From positions 66,958-130,957 of the forward strand of contig JBQTJX010000029.1 of the NCBI GenBank assembly GCA_052386675.1: a DNA stretch of 64,000 bases, written 5' to 3'. The DNA comes from Betaproteobacteria bacterium (GTDB taxonomy: Bacteria > Pseudomonadota > Gammaproteobacteria > Burkholderiales > SG8-39). The position numbers were made by a program, and so were the translations under genes. Position 1 is the stretch's first letter, and every line of letters starts with the position of its first letter. A model generated the notes under the pieces. That model was given only the letters and a program-made list of their open reading frames with translations, was not told the origin of the DNA and searched no databases. Shown in pieces: positions 49,041 through 62,785 of the stretch.

Positions 49041-50114
49041 ATGAGCAGGACGATTTTGATCATGGCGGGCGGCACCGGCGGGCATGTGTTCCCCGGGCTC
49101 GCGGTCGCCGACGAACTGCGCGATCGCGGCTGGAACGTGGTCTGGATGGGCTCGCGCGGCGGCATGGAAGCGCGGCTGGTCCCGGCGCGCGGCTACCGCA
49201 TGGCGTGGATCCACGCCCGCGCCCTGCGGGGCAAGGGCCTTCTCGCCAAGCTGCTGCTGCCGGCCAACCTGCTGCTCGCCTTCTGGGACGGCGCGCGCGC
49301 GATCTTCTCGCTGCGGCCCGACGTCGTCCTCGGCATGGGCGGCTACGTCGCGTTCCCCGGCGGCCTGATGGCCTCGCTGCTCGCCAAGCCGCTCGCGATC
49401 CACGAGCAGAACGCGGTGGCGGGCCTCACCAACCGGGTGCTGCGCGGTGTCGCGGACCGCGCTTTCGAGGCCTTCCCGGGCGCGCTGAAGAAGGCCGAGT
49501 GGACCGGGAACCCGATTCGCGCCGACATCGCGCGCCTTCCGGCGCCGGCCACGCGCTACGAGGGTCGCAGCGGCACGCTGAAGCTGCTGGTCGTCGGCGG
49601 CAGCCTGGGCGCGCAGGCGCTGAACGAGATCGTGCCCAGGGCGCTGGCCCAGATCCCGGAGGCAGAGCGGCCCAAGGTGGTCCACCAGTCCGGCGCGCAT
49701 CACCTCATCGACCTGAAGGCCCGGTACGCCGCGGCGGGCGTCGAGGGCGAACTGCTCGCGTTCATCGAGGATATGGCGCGCAGCTACGCCGAGGCGGACC
49801 TGGTGATCTGCCGCGCCGGAGCCATCACGCTTGCCGAGCTGTGCGCCGCCGGCATGGCGGGCGTGCTGGTGCCATTCCCGCACGCGGTGGACGACCACCA
49901 GACGGCGAACGCGCGCTTTCTCGCCGACAAGGGCGCCGCGATCCTGCTGCCGCAGCGCGAGTTGACGCCGGAGAAGCTGGCCGCGCTGCTGCGCTCGCTG
50001 GGCCGGCCGGCGCTGGTCGCCATGGCGCAGAAAGCCAGGGACCTGGGCAAGCCCGACGCGGCGCGCCTCGTCGCCGACCGATGCGCGGACCTCGCGGAGA
50101 AGGGCGGCGGATGA
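49041..50114 (+). CDS. murG: Lipid I GlcNAc transferase
   Basis: GGTGGH, HEQN, GNPIR, GGSLGA, DDHQ..NA. Confidence 0.96.
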   Translation: MSRTILIMAGGTGGHVFPGLAVADELRDRGWNVVWMGSRGGMEARLVPARGYRMAWIHARALRGKGLLAKLLLPANLLLAFWDGARAIFSLRPDVVLGMGGYVAFPGGLMASLLAKPLAIHEQNAVAGLTNRVLRGVADRAFEAFPGALKKAEWTGNPIRADIARLPAPATRYEGRSGTLKLLVVGGSLGAQALNEIVPRALAQIPEAERPKVVHQSGAHHLIDLKARYAAAGVEGELLAFIEDMARSYAEADLVICRAGAITLAELCAAGMAGVLVPFPHAVDDHQTANARFLADKGAAILLPQRELTPEKLAALLRSLGRPALVAMAQKARDLGKPDAARLVADRCADLAEKGGG

Positions 50115-51505
50115 AGCACAAGGTGCGCCGCATCCATTTCGTCGGCATCGGCGGCTCCGGCATGAGCGGCATCGCCGAGGTGCTCGCGAACATGGGCTAC
50201 GAGGTAAGCGGCTCGGACCTCGCCGGGAGCGCGGTCACGCGCCGGCTGGCGGGCCTGGGCGTGCAACTGAGCCTGTCGCACGAGGCCGCCCATGTGGATG
50301 GCGCGGACGTGGTGGTGGTGTCCAGCGCGGTGCGTCCGGACAACCCCGAGGTGATCGCGGCGCGTGCCAGGCGCATCCCGGTGGTGCCGCGCGCGCAGAT
50401 GCTGGCCGAGCTGATGCGCCTGAAGCAGGGCGTGGCGATCGCGGGTACCCATGGAAAAACCACCACGACCAGCCTGGTGGCCAGTGTTCTGGCCGAGGGT
50501 GGCCTGGATCCGACCTTTGTCATCGGCGGGCGCCTGAACGCCGCCGGCTCGAACGCACGCCTGGGCGCGGGCGACTTCATCGTCGTCGAGGCTGACGAAT
50601 CCGATGCGTCCTTCCTGCACCTGCAGCCGGTGATCGCTGTGGTGACCAACATCGACGCTGACCATATGGACACCTACCAGCACGACTTCCCGCGCCTGCA
50701 GCAGGCTTTCATCCAGTTCCTGCACAACATGCCGTTCTACGGCAGCGCGGTGCTGTGCCTGGAGGACGCGCACGTGCGCGAGATCGTGCCATTCGTGTCG
50801 CGCCCGGTGGTGAGCTACGGTTTCGGCGAGGACGCGGGGGTGCGAGCGGTGAGTATCGAGCTCGGGCCGCAATCGCGCTTCGAGGTGCTGCGCGCGGGCC
50901 GCGCGCCGCTCGCGCTCACCCTCAACCTGCCCGGGCGGCACAACGTCCTAAACGCGCTCGCCGCGGTGGCGGTGGCCACGGAACTGCGGGTCGAAGACGA
51001 GGCGATCCGCCGCGCCTTCGCCGGGTTCACCGGGGTCGGGCGCCGCTTCCAGCGCTTCGCCGACGTTGCCATCGCGGGCGGGCATTTCTCGCTGGTGGAC
51101 GACTACGGCCACCATCCGGTGGAGATCGCGGCCACGCTCGATGCGGCGCGCGCCGCCTATCCGGGCCGGCGCCTGGTCCTCGCGTTCCAGCCGCACCGCT
51201 TCACGCGCACGCGCGACCTGTTCGAGGACTTCGTGCGCGTGCTGGCGAAGGCGGACGAACTGCTGCTGGCGGAAGTCTATCCGGCGGGCGAGGTGCCGAT
51301 CGCCGGCGCCGACGGGCGCACGCTCGCGCGCGCGATCCGGCCGGCCGGCGGCGGCGCGGCCCAGTACATCGAACGCGTCGCCGACCTGCCGGCGGCAATC
51401 CGCAAGGCGGCGCGCAATGACGACGTCGTGGTCACCATGGGCGCGGGGTCGATCGGCGGCGTCGCGGCGCAACTTTCGGGGACCACTGCGGGGCCAGCGG
51501 CATGA
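50111..51505 (+). CDS. murC: UDP-MurNAc--L-Ala ligase
   Basis: [29 protein letters not shown]. Confidence 0.96.
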   Translation: MKHKVRRIHFVGIGGSGMSGIAEVLANMGYEVSGSDLAGSAVTRRLAGLGVQLSLSHEAAHVDGADVVVVSSAVRPDNPEVIAARARRIPVVPRAQMLAELMRLKQGVAIAGTHGKTTTTSLVASVLAEGGLDPTFVIGGRLNAAGSNARLGAGDFIVVEADESDASFLHLQPVIAVVTNIDADHMDTYQHDFPRLQQAFIQFLHNMPFYGSAVLCLEDAHVREIVPFVSRPVVSYGFGEDAGVRAVSIELGPQSRFEVLRAGRAPLALTLNLPGRHNVLNALAAVAVATELRVEDEAIRRAFAGFTGVGRRFQRFADVAIAGGHFSLVDDYGHHPVEIAATLDAARAAYPGRRLVLAFQPHRFTRTRDLFEDFVRVLAKADELLLAEVYPAGEVPIAGADGRTLARAIRPAGGGAAQYIERVADLPAAIRKAARNDDVVVTMGAGSIGGVAAQLSGTTAGPAA

Positions 51506-52425
51506 GCGCGACAGGCACCGAGCGTCCCGCCGGCCAGCGTGGCGAGCTGCGCCTGGACGAGCCGATGGGCAAGCATTGCAGCTGGCGCGCCGGAGGAAAG
51601 GCCGACCGCTTCTACATCCCGGCCGACCTGGAGGACCTCGCCAAGTTCCTCGAGCGGCTGCCGCCGGAGGAGCCGCTGCTTTTCGTCGGCCTGGGCTCCA
51701 ACCTGCTGGTGCGCGAGGGCGGCTGGCGCGGCACCGTGGTGCTGACGCACGCCGCCGGCAAGCACCCGCGCATGACCTACGGACGCATCTACGCAGAGGC
51801 GGGCGTCGCCTGCCCGAAGGTGGCGCGCTTCGCCGCCATGAACAACCTCTCCGGCGCGGAGTTCCTGTCCGGCATCCCGGGCACCATCGGCGGCGCGCTG
51901 GCGATGAACGCCGGCTGCTACGGCGGCGATATCTGGGAGATCGTGGACGAGGCCCAGCTCATCGACCGCTACGGCTCGCTGCGCTGGGTCCACAAGAGCG
52001 AGTTTGCCTGGGGATACCGGCACTGCGCGCTCAAGTCCGGCGGCAAGCTGGGCGCGGACCACTGGTTCGCCGCGGCGCGCTTCAAGCTGCTGCCGGGAAA
52101 CGCCGAGGATTCGCGCGAGGCCATCCGCAACCTGCTCGAGCGGCGCGTGGAGTCGCAACCGCTCAACCTGCCCAACGCGGGCAGCGTGTTCCGCAATCCG
52201 CAGGGCCACAAGGCCGCGAAGCTGATCGAGGCCAGCGGCCTGAAAGGCGTGGCGTGCGGCGGCGCGCGGGTGTCCGAGAAGCACGCCAACTTCATCGTCA
52301 ACCCGAAGGGCGCCGCGAGCGCCGCGGACATCGAATGGCTGATCCGTCGCGTGCAGGAGGTGGTGAAGGGCCAGCACGGCGTGGACCTCGAGACCGAAGT
52401 ACGCATCGTGGGGGATCCGGCATGA
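51502..52425 (+). CDS. murB: UDP-N-acetylenolpyruvoylglucosamine reductase
   Basis: [34 protein letters not shown]. Confidence 0.95.
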   Translation: MSATGTERPAGQRGELRLDEPMGKHCSWRAGGKADRFYIPADLEDLAKFLERLPPEEPLLFVGLGSNLLVREGGWRGTVVLTHAAGKHPRMTYGRIYAEAGVACPKVARFAAMNNLSGAEFLSGIPGTIGGALAMNAGCYGGDIWEIVDEAQLIDRYGSLRWVHKSEFAWGYRHCALKSGGKLGADHWFAAARFKLLPGNAEDSREAIRNLLERRVESQPLNLPNAGSVFRNPQGHKAAKLIEASGLKGVACGGARVSEKHANFIVNPKGAASAADIEWLIRRVQEVVKGQHGVDLETEVRIVGDPA

Positions 52426-53363
52426 GCGAGCCCGCCGCGACGACGGACTTTGGCAAGGTGGCGGTCCTCCTGGGTGGTCGGTCGGCCGAGCGCGAAATCT
52501 CGCTCATGAGCGGCGGCGGCGTGCTGAAGGCGCTGCGCGCGAAGGGCGTGGATGCGCATGCCTTCGATCCCGCCGAGCGCGACCTGTTCGACCTCAAGCG
52601 CGAAGGCTTCGCGCGCTGCTTCATCGCCCTGCACGGCCGCGGCGGCGAAGACGGCAGCATTCAGGGCGCGCTCGAGGTGCTGGGCATGCCCTACACCGGC
52701 AGCGGCGTCATGGGCTCGGCCATCGGCATGGACAAGTGGCGCACCAAGATGATCTGGCTCGCCAGCAGCCTGCCGACGCCGCGCTATCGCATCCTTTCCG
52801 GCAACGACGACTGGAACGAGGTTGCGCGCGAGCTCGGCCTGCCGCTCATCGTGAAGCCGGCCAACGAAGGCTCCACGCTGGGGCTGAGCCGGGTGCGAGC
52901 CGCCGCGGAGCTGCCGGCCGCCTACGAGCTGGCGGCGAGAAAGTTCCAGGACATCGCGCTCGCGGAGCAGTTCGTCGACGGTCCGGAATATACCGCCGGC
53001 ATCGTCGGCGATTCGGCGCTTCCCCTGATCCGCATCGAGGCGCCGCAGGGCAACTACGACTACCAGAACAAGTATTTCACCGACGACACGAAGTACATCT
53101 GTCCCTGCGGCCTGGCGCCGGAGCAGGAAGCCTCGCTGCAGGCGCTGGCGCTGCAGGCGTTCCGCCTCGTGGGCTGCCGCGGCTGGGGGAGGATCGACCT
53201 GATGCTCGATTCGGCCGGAAATCCCTGGCTGCTGGAAGTAAACACGTCGCCGGGCATGACCGGGCACAGCCTGGTGCCGATGGCGGCGCGCGTGGCGGGG
53301 ATGTCCTACGAGGACCTCTGCGTCCGGATCCTGGAGGCCGCCTGTGTGGGCAATGTGGGATAA
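52422..53363 (+). CDS. ddl: D-alanine--D-alanine ligase
   Basis: [33 protein letters not shown]. Confidence 0.96.
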   Translation: MSEPAATTDFGKVAVLLGGRSAEREISLMSGGGVLKALRAKGVDAHAFDPAERDLFDLKREGFARCFIALHGRGGEDGSIQGALEVLGMPYTGSGVMGSAIGMDKWRTKMIWLASSLPTPRYRILSGNDDWNEVARELGLPLIVKPANEGSTLGLSRVRAAAELPAAYELAARKFQDIALAEQFVDGPEYTAGIVGDSALPLIRIEAPQGNYDYQNKYFTDDTKYICPCGLAPEQEASLQALALQAFRLVGCRGWGRIDLMLDSAGNPWLLEVNTSPGMTGHSLVPMAARVAGMSYEDLCVRILEAACVGNVG

Positions 53364-54099
53364 CCCCCGCCTCCTGAACGCGGCCGCCAACGCGCTGCTC
53401 GCACTGGTCGCGACCGCGTTCGTCTACGCCGGGCTGCTGGCATTGGCGCGCTCGTCGCTGTTCCCGCTGCGCGACCTTGTGGTCGGCGGCGGCCTGCAGC
53501 ACACCTCGAAGGCGCAGATCGAGCGCGTGACGGCCGGCTTCGGCGGCAGTTTCTTCGTCGCCGACCTGCCGGCGCTGCGCGCGCGGCTGGAAACCCTGCC
53601 CTGGGTGCGCCGCGTCGAGGTGCGCCGCGTCTGGCCCGACCGCGTCGAAGTGGCGTTGGAGGAGCATGCGGCGCTCGCGCGCTGGGGTGACGCCTTGCTG
53701 GTGAACACCTTTGGCGAGTCGTTCGCCGGGAAGCTGCAGGAGGGGCAGGCGGCGCAGCTGCCGCTGTTCGCCGGGCCGGCGCACACGCAGCGCGAGGTCG
53801 CGCGCCGCTACCAGCGCTTCCTCGAGATCCTGAGGCCCCTGGGCGAGGCGCCCGAGCGCGTGGTGCTGTCGCCGCGCCATGCCTGGCATGTTCGCACCTC
53901 GGGCGGCCTGCAACTGGAGCTCGGGCGCGACGGCGCCGAGCCGGTGGAAGCGCGCCTGGCGCGCTTCGTCGCCGCGCACCCGGCGACGCTCGGGCGCCTG
54001 CCGCGGCGCGTGGAGACGGCGCATACCTACCAGCCGTGGATCGTGGACCTGCGCTACCCGAACGGCTTCGCGCTGCGGGTGCCGGAGTGGAAAGGCTGA
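53353..54099 (+). CDS. ftsQ: Cell division protein FtsQ
   Basis: [25 protein letters not shown]. Confidence 0.93.
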   Translation: MWDNPRLLNAAANALLALVATAFVYAGLLALARSSLFPLRDLVVGGGLQHTSKAQIERVTAGFGGSFFVADLPALRARLETLPWVRRVEVRRVWPDRVEVALEEHAALARWGDALLVNTFGESFAGKLQEGQAAQLPLFAGPAHTQREVARRYQRFLEILRPLGEAPERVVLSPRHAWHVRTSGGLQLELGRDGAEPVEARLARFVAAHPATLGRLPRRVETAHTYQPWIVDLRYPNGFALRVPEWKG

Positions 54100-54101
54100 G
54101 C

Positions 54102-55331
54102 ATGGCGAAGGAAAGCCGCAACCTCGTCGTCGGGCTGGACATCGGCACCTCCAAGGTGGCCGCGCTGGTGGCCGAACTGGGGCCCGACGGCGCCATGCAG
54201 GTGCTCGGCATGGGCAGCCACGAGTCGCGCGGCCTGAAGAAAGGCGTGGTGGTGAACATCGAGGCCACCGTGGGCGCGATCCAGCGCGCGCTGGAGGAGG
54301 CCGAGCTGATGGCCGACTGCAAGATCGCCTCGGCCTACACCGGCATCGCCGGCAGCCACATCCGCAGCTTCAACTCCACCGGCATGGTGGCGGTGAAGGA
54401 CCGCGAAGTGAGCACGATCGACGTCGAGCGCGCCGTGGACACCGCGCGCGCGGTCAACATCCCGACCGACCAGCAGATCCTGCACGTGCTGCGCCAGGAG
54501 TTCATCATCGACGGCCAGGAAGACGTGCGCGAGCCCGTGGGCATGTCCGGGGTGCGGCTGGAGGTGAAGGTGCACATCGTCACCGGCGCGGTGTCGGCGG
54601 CGCAGAACATCGTCAAGTGCGTGCGCCGCTGCGGGCTGGAGGTGGACGACCTGATCCTGCAGCCGCTCGCCTCGGCGCGCGCGGTGCTCTCGGAGGACGA
54701 GAAGGACCTCGGCGTGTGCCTGGTGGACATTGGTGGCGGCACCACCGACCTCGCCATCTTCACCGGCGGCGCGATCCGCCACACCGCGGTAATCCCGATC
54801 GCCGGCGACCAGATCACCAACGACATCGCCATGGCGCTGCGCACCCCCACCGCCGACGCCGAGGCGATCAAGGTGCGCCACGGCGTGGCGCTGCGCCAGC
54901 TGGCCGATCCCAACGAGAGCATCGAGGTGCCCGGCATCGGCGAGCGCGCCCCGCGCGTGATGTCGCGCCAGACGCTGGCAGAGGTGATCGAGCCGCGCGT
55001 CGAGGAGTTGTATTCGCTGGTGCAGCAGGTGCTGCGCGAGTCCGGCCACGAGGAGCTGCTGTCTTCCGGGATCGTGCTCACCGGCGGCAGCTCGACCATG
55101 CGCGGCATGGTCGAGCTGGGCGAGGAGATATTCCACATGCCGGTGCGCGTCGGCGCGCCGCGCTATGCCGGCGGCCTGGCGGAGGTGGTGCGCAACCCGC
55201 GCTATGCGACCGCGATGGGCCTCCTGATGGAGGGCGCCGCGCAACGCCAGCAGGGACGCATCGCGCGCCAGGACGGCTCGGTGCGCGCGGTGTTCGGGCG
55301 CATGCGCGAATGGTTCCAGAGGAATTTCTGA
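54102..55331 (+). CDS. ftsA: Cell division protein FtsA
   Basis: GLDIGTSK, DIGGGTTD, VLTGG, C-terminal amphipathic helix EWFQRNF. Confidence 0.97.
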   Translation: MAKESRNLVVGLDIGTSKVAALVAELGPDGAMQVLGMGSHESRGLKKGVVVNIEATVGAIQRALEEAELMADCKIASAYTGIAGSHIRSFNSTGMVAVKDREVSTIDVERAVDTARAVNIPTDQQILHVLRQEFIIDGQEDVREPVGMSGVRLEVKVHIVTGAVSAAQNIVKCVRRCGLEVDDLILQPLASARAVLSEDEKDLGVCLVDIGGGTTDLAIFTGGAIRHTAVIPIAGDQITNDIAMALRTPTADAEAIKVRHGVALRQLADPNESIEVPGIGERAPRVMSRQTLAEVIEPRVEELYSLVQQVLRESGHEELLSSGIVLTGGSSTMRGMVELGEEIFHMPVRVGAPRYAGGLAEVVRNPRYATAMGLLMEGAAQRQQGRIARQDGSVRAVFGRMREWFQRNF

Positions 55332-55377
55332 TGTCGGGTTTCACTTTCACAAGTCGTCACAACAAGGCAAGGAGGTC

Positions 55378-56577
55378 ATGACTATGTTCGAGATCCAGAA
55401 CGACCAGGCAGCAGGGCCGGTGATCAAGGTGGTCGGCGTCGGCGGCGCAGGCGGCAACGCCGTCGACCACATGATCGAGAAGGGCATCGGCAAGGTGGAG
55501 TTCATCGCCGTCAACACCGACGCCCAGGTGCTGGCGCGCAACCGGGCGCGCAACCAGATCCAGCTCGGCACCAGCGGGCTGGGGGCGGGGGCCAAGCCCG
55601 AGGAGGCGCGCACCGTGGCGCACGCCGAGCGCGAGCGGCTGGAGGAGGCGATCACCGGCTCGCACATGGTGTTCATCACCGCCGGCATGGGCGGCGGCAC
55701 CGGCACCGGGGCGGGACCCGTGATCGCGGAAATCGCGCGCTCCATGGGCATCCTCACCGTGGCGGTGGTCACCAAGCCATTCGCCTGGGAAGGCTCCAGG
55801 CGGATGAAGATCGCCGAGGCCGGCATCGAGGAAATCGCGCCGCACGTGGACTCGCTGATTGTGATTCTGAACGACAAGCTGGAGGAGGTGCTGGGGGATG
55901 ACGTCACCCAGGCCGAGGCCTTCGAGGCAGCGGACGACGTGCTGTGCAATGCCGTGGGCGGAATCGTGGACATCATCCACCGCGACGGCGTGGTCAACGT
56001 CGACTTCCAGGACGTGCGCACCGTGATGTCGGAGCAGGGCATGGCGATGATGGGCTCGGCCGCCTCGAGCGGCATCGACCGGGCGCGCATCGCCGCCGAG
56101 CAGGCGATCGCCTGCCCGCTGCTGGAGGGCGTCAACCTGTCCGGCGCGCGCGGCGTGCTGGTGAACATCACGGCGTCGCGGGGCAGCCTAAAGCTGCGCG
56201 AGACCAAGGACGTGATGAACGCCATCCGCGCCTTCGCCGCGGAGGACGCCACCATCATCCACGGCGGCGTGTTCGACGACGGCCTCGGCGACGAGCTGCG
56301 GGTGACGGTGATCGCCACCGGCCTGGGCAAGCCGATGGGTGCGCGCGCCGGGAAGCCGCAGCTTGTCGTTTCCCAGCACATGTCCCAGAAGACCGGGACC
56401 GACAACCAGCCGCTGCCGGTGATCGCGATGCCGGGCCAGGCGCCCGACTACGGCGCCATCGCCGACACGCCGGCGGTGTTCAGGAAGCGCGACCGCGCGG
56501 CGCAGGTCGAGGCGCTGCAGGCGAGCGGAGTGGACAAGTACGACATCCCGGCGTTCCTGAGGAAGCAGGCGGACTAG
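55378..56577 (+). CDS. ftsZ: Cell division protein FtsZ
   Basis: GVGGAGGN, GGGTGTG, NVDF, C-terminal DIPAFLRKQAD. Confidence 0.98.
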   Translation: MTMFEIQNDQAAGPVIKVVGVGGAGGNAVDHMIEKGIGKVEFIAVNTDAQVLARNRARNQIQLGTSGLGAGAKPEEARTVAHAERERLEEAITGSHMVFITAGMGGGTGTGAGPVIAEIARSMGILTVAVVTKPFAWEGSRRMKIAEAGIEEIAPHVDSLIVILNDKLEEVLGDDVTQAEAFEAADDVLCNAVGGIVDIIHRDGVVNVDFQDVRTVMSEQGMAMMGSAASSGIDRARIAAEQAIACPLLEGVNLSGARGVLVNITASRGSLKLRETKDVMNAIRAFAAEDATIIHGGVFDDGLGDELRVTVIATGLGKPMGARAGKPQLVVSQHMSQKTGTDNQPLPVIAMPGQAPDYGAIADTPAVFRKRDRAAQVEALQASGVDKYDIPAFLRKQAD

Positions 56578-56604
56578 CCCTGTAACGCCGGTGCGCGAAC
56601 CGAC

Positions 56605-56642
56605 CGGCCGCCGTCTTCTCCCTTGCCGGAGGACGGCGGCCG
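56605..56642 (+). terminator. Hairpin downstream of ftsZ
   Basis: cggccgccgtcttc ... gaggacggcggccg 14-bp stem with one G-U pair; no U-tract. Confidence 0.5.
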
Positions 56643-56674
56643 CAGTGCGCATGCAGTTTAGGGAGGAAAGCCAT

Positions 56675-57496
56675 ATGGGTTTTGATCTGGCACCGCATTC
56701 AGCCGCGCTGGAGCGGGACGGCTTCACGATCATCAAGGACTTCCTGGACGAATCGGGCCTCGCCGAGGTCCGCCGCGTGCTGCGCTTCTACCTGGGTTCG
56801 CACACCGGGCGCAATCCGTTCGAGGGCTACAGCACCGAGCGCGTCTACACGCTGGTGGCGCGCGCCAGGGTGTTCTGGGACATCGCGCTCGATTCACGGG
56901 TGCTCGCGCTGTGCGACCGCTTCCTGCTGCCGGGCTGCCTGCTCACCGCGAGCCAGGCGATCAGCATTCGTCCGGGCGAGGCGCCGCAGGACTTCCACCA
57001 CGACGACACCTTCTATACGATTCCACGGCCGCGACCAATGATCTCGCTGTCCACCATCGCCGCGGTGGACGCGTTCACTGCGGAGAATGGCGGTACGCAG
57101 GTCCTGCCGGGCAGCCATCTCTGGGGCGAGGACTGGCGGGCGCGGGCGAATTCGGCGACGCCCCTGACGGTCGCAATGCCTGCAGGTGCTTGCGTCGTGT
57201 TTTCGGGCACGCTGGTGCACCGCGGAGGGGCCAATCGCGGGTCGGCTCCGCGGCTCGCGTTCTCCAACCAGTACTGTCAGCCCTGGGCGCGGCAGCAGGA
57301 GAATTTCCTGCAGGGCGTGCCGGTCGAGGTCGCGCGCCGAATGCCGCAGCGGCTCCAGGAAATGCTCGGCTACTCCATCTATCCGCCGTTCATGGGCCAG
57401 CTCACCGCCAGTCATCCGGCCAAGGCGCTGGAGCCCGGCTACCAGAACCGGGTCGAGGCCCAGGCGCGCTCCGCCGGGGCGCGGCTGCCGGAATGA
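56675..57496 (+). CDS. PhyH-family Fe(II)/2-oxoglutarate dioxygenase
   Basis: HxD (FHHDD), ENGGT...PGSH.W, distal His (VHRGGAN), RQQEN; SD gggagg. Confidence 0.88.
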   Translation: MGFDLAPHSAALERDGFTIIKDFLDESGLAEVRRVLRFYLGSHTGRNPFEGYSTERVYTLVARARVFWDIALDSRVLALCDRFLLPGCLLTASQAISIRPGEAPQDFHHDDTFYTIPRPRPMISLSTIAAVDAFTAENGGTQVLPGSHLWGEDWRARANSATPLTVAMPAGACVVFSGTLVHRGGANRGSAPRLAFSNQYCQPWARQQENFLQGVPVEVARRMPQRLQEMLGYSIYPPFMGQLTASHPAKALEPGYQNRVEAQARSAGARLPE

Positions 57497-57549
57497 CGGC
57501 CGGGGCAGAACCCGGCGCGCCCAGAGGCGATTGCTAGAATTCGGCTTCG

Positions 57550-58467
57550 ATGCTCAGGCAACGCACATTGAAATCCCTGGTCCGCGCCACCGGCGTGGGC
57601 CTGCACACCGGCCAGAAGGTGGTGATGACGCTGCGCCCGGCGCAGCCCGGCACCGGAATCGTGTTCCGGCGCTTGGACCTCGCCTCGCCGGTGGCGATCC
57701 CGGCGCGCGCCGACGCGGTCGGCGAGACGCGCCTGTGCTCGTGCCTGGTGTCCGGGGAAACGAAGGTCTACACCGTGGAGCACCTGATGTCCGCGATGGC
57801 GGGCCTGGGCGTGGACAACGCCTACGTGGACCTGGACGGCCCGGAAGTGCCGATCATGGACGGCAGCGCCGCGCCCTTCGCGCTGCTCATCAAGCAGGCC
57901 GGGCTGGAGGAGCAGAATGCCCCCAAACGCTTCCTGCGCGTGAAGAAGCGCATCGAGGCGAAGGACGGCGACAAGTGGGCGGCGCTGGAGCCCTTCGAGG
58001 GCTTCAAGCTGACCTTCTCCATCGTCTACACCCATCCGGTGATCGCCCGCTCGAACTCCCTGCTGACGGTGGACTTCGCGCAGACCTCCTACCTCACCGA
58101 GGTGGCGCGGGCGCGCACCTACGGTTTCATGCAGGACGTCGAAGACCTGCGCGAGTCGGGCCTGGCACTGGGCGGCGGTCTGGACAACGCGGTGGTGCTG
58201 GACGAGTTCCGGGTGCTGAACGCCGAAGGCCTGCGCTTCGCGGACGAATTCATTCGCCACAAGGTGCTCGACGCGATCGGCGACCTGTACCTGTTGGGCA
58301 GCCCGCTGCTGGCCGCTTTCAGCGCCCACAAGTCCGGCCACGCCCTCAACAACCGGCTGCTGCTGCAGTTGCTTGCTGATCCCTCGGCGGTGGAAGCGGT
58401 TACTTTCGACCGCGCCGAGGAGGCGCCGGCGGGAGTGTTGGGCCTGCTGCGCCAACTTCAGGGTTAA
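57550..58467 (+). CDS. lpxC: UDP-3-O-acyl-GlcNAc deacetylase
   Basis: GVGLHTG, TVEHL, PIMDGS, HKVLD..GD, KSGH. Confidence 0.97.
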   Translation: MLRQRTLKSLVRATGVGLHTGQKVVMTLRPAQPGTGIVFRRLDLASPVAIPARADAVGETRLCSCLVSGETKVYTVEHLMSAMAGLGVDNAYVDLDGPEVPIMDGSAAPFALLIKQAGLEEQNAPKRFLRVKKRIEAKDGDKWAALEPFEGFKLTFSIVYTHPVIARSNSLLTVDFAQTSYLTEVARARTYGFMQDVEDLRESGLALGGGLDNAVVLDEFRVLNAEGLRFADEFIRHKVLDAIGDLYLLGSPLLAAFSAHKSGHALNNRLLLQLLADPSAVEAVTFDRAEEAPAGVLGLLRQLQG

Positions 58468-58891
58468 GTTGATGATCCAGAAGGTGTTTTAGCGCGTCCT
58501 TGGCAGGGGATTCGGCCAGGGCCTGATGCAGCTTTCGCAGCGATCCGGCGGCCTGCGGCGACAGTTTCCGCGCTGCTTTCCGGACCCCGGTTTCCCGGGC
58601 GTCGCCGGGTTGCACCCTCACGGAAACTGAATTAACCTTCGCCCCTCGTTTTGACAGGAATTCACACAGGCTTTCCGAGAGAAGCCTGAGCTTGGCCGCC
58701 GCAGCCGGAGTCGCGGCGAGCACCACAAGCTGACCGTCCTTGAGATTTGCGGCCCGGACCCTTTGGGCGAGCTCAGGCGGGAGAAAATCGCCACATAACC
58801 TGGACAGGGCGTTGATTTCGAGCGCTTTTTCAACCAGGGGCTGAAGTTCGGCGTCGGACCGCAGCAAGCGGACGATTCGTGAAGGTCGCAC
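58400..58891 (-). CDS. dciA: DciA/DUF721 family protein
   Basis: A.AAKLR..S, V..V.VRVQP pattern; canonical position opposite lpxC and M23. Confidence 0.7.
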   Translation of the reverse strand: MRPSRIVRLLRSDAELQPLVEKALEINALSRLCGDFLPPELAQRVRAANLKDGQLVVLAATPAAAAKLRLLSESLCEFLSKRGAKVNSVSVRVQPGDARETGVRKAARKLSPQAAGSLRKLHQALAESPAKDALKHLLDHQLNPEVGAAGPTLPPAPPRRGRK

Positions 58892-58925
58892 GGTGGGATG
58901 GTGGCAGGAAAACGAGGGAGACCGC

Positions 58926-59879
58926 GTGCAGATTATCTTGATCTCGAGCCGGCTGGCGAAAGCGAGGAGTCTGTCGCTTTCGTTCGCCCACCTGCTGGTG
59001 TCGCTCGCGGTCGGCGGTCTGGTGCTGGTGCTCCTCGCCGGCGCGCTTTATTGGATCAGCCTGCGCTTCGCATCCGAGATTCGCATTCCCGTCATCCATG
59101 AACTGGTGCTGGCGGCCCAGAAGTCGGAGGCCGACCGCTCGCGAGTGTTCGTGCAGCAGAACCTGAATGCCATGGCGGTGAAGATCGGCGAGATGCAGGC
59201 GCAACTCACCCGCCTGGACGCCCTGGGCGAGCGCCTGTCTTCCATGGCCGGGTTGCGGCCGCAGGAGTTCCGTTTCTCCGAGCCGCCCGGCCTGGGCGGG
59301 GCCGCGTCCACGCTGATGCCGCCGCAGAACCTGTCGCTCGCGCAGTTCAGCGCGAGGGTCGACAGCCTGTCGCGGGAAATGGAGGCGCGCACCGACCTGC
59401 TCGGCGTGCTGGAAGCGCAGCTGTTCGAGCAGGCGGTGAAAAAGAAGGCACTGCCGACCATGATGCCGGTGAGCGCCCCGTTCAACGCCTCGGGCTTCGG
59501 CTACCGGATCGACCCTTTCACCGGCCAGCAGGCGATGCACGAAGGCATCGATTTCATCACCGACACCGGCACGCCGGTGGTCGCCGCAGCCGGCGGCGTG
59601 GTGCAGTTCGCCGGTTTCCATCCGCAGTACGGCAACATGATCGACATCGACCACGGCAACGACCTGGTGACGCGCTACGCCCACCTGTCCAAGCTGATGG
59701 TGAAGGAAGGCGACCTGGTGCAGCGTGGGCGGCGCATCGGCGACAGCGGCAGCACCGGCCGCTCCACCGGCCCGCACCTGCATTTCGAGGTCCGCTTCCG
59801 TGGCGCGCCGCAGAATCCCTCCAGGTTCCTGCTGGCGCAGAATCCGCAGCAGCCGCAGGCGCTGGCGCGCCGCAAGTAG
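58926..59879 (+). CDS. M23 family metallopeptidase
   Basis: HEGID, RYAHL, STGRSTGPHLHFEV; GTG after gaggga. Confidence 0.92.
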   Translation: MQIILISSRLAKARSLSLSFAHLLVSLAVGGLVLVLLAGALYWISLRFASEIRIPVIHELVLAAQKSEADRSRVFVQQNLNAMAVKIGEMQAQLTRLDALGERLSSMAGLRPQEFRFSEPPGLGGAASTLMPPQNLSLAQFSARVDSLSREMEARTDLLGVLEAQLFEQAVKKKALPTMMPVSAPFNASGFGYRIDPFTGQQAMHEGIDFITDTGTPVVAAAGGVVQFAGFHPQYGNMIDIDHGNDLVTRYAHLSKLMVKEGDLVQRGRRIGDSGSTGRSTGPHLHFEVRFRGAPQNPSRFLLAQNPQQPQALARRK

Positions 59880-59921
59880 GCCCTGCTGCGGGTTCCGGCC
59901 CCGGGGCGACCCGTCCCGGCG

Positions 59922-59930
59922 TGCTAAAAT
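59922..59930 (+). promoter_or_regulatory. Extended -10 promoter candidate for secA
   Basis: TGcTAAAAT 65 nt upstream of the secA ATG. Confidence 0.5.
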
Positions 59931-59995
59931 CTTTTTCTTTTACCGGGGGTTAGAGTGCCCCGGCCGCAGAATTTCCCCAGCATCCCAGCCCACTG

Positions 59996-62784
<2,789 letters not shown>

Positions 62785-62785
<1 letters not shown>

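Noticed and set aside
51502-52425. murB inside the dcw cluster
   Set aside because: The murC-murB-ddl order is common in many proteobacterial lineages; only a taxonomic hint.
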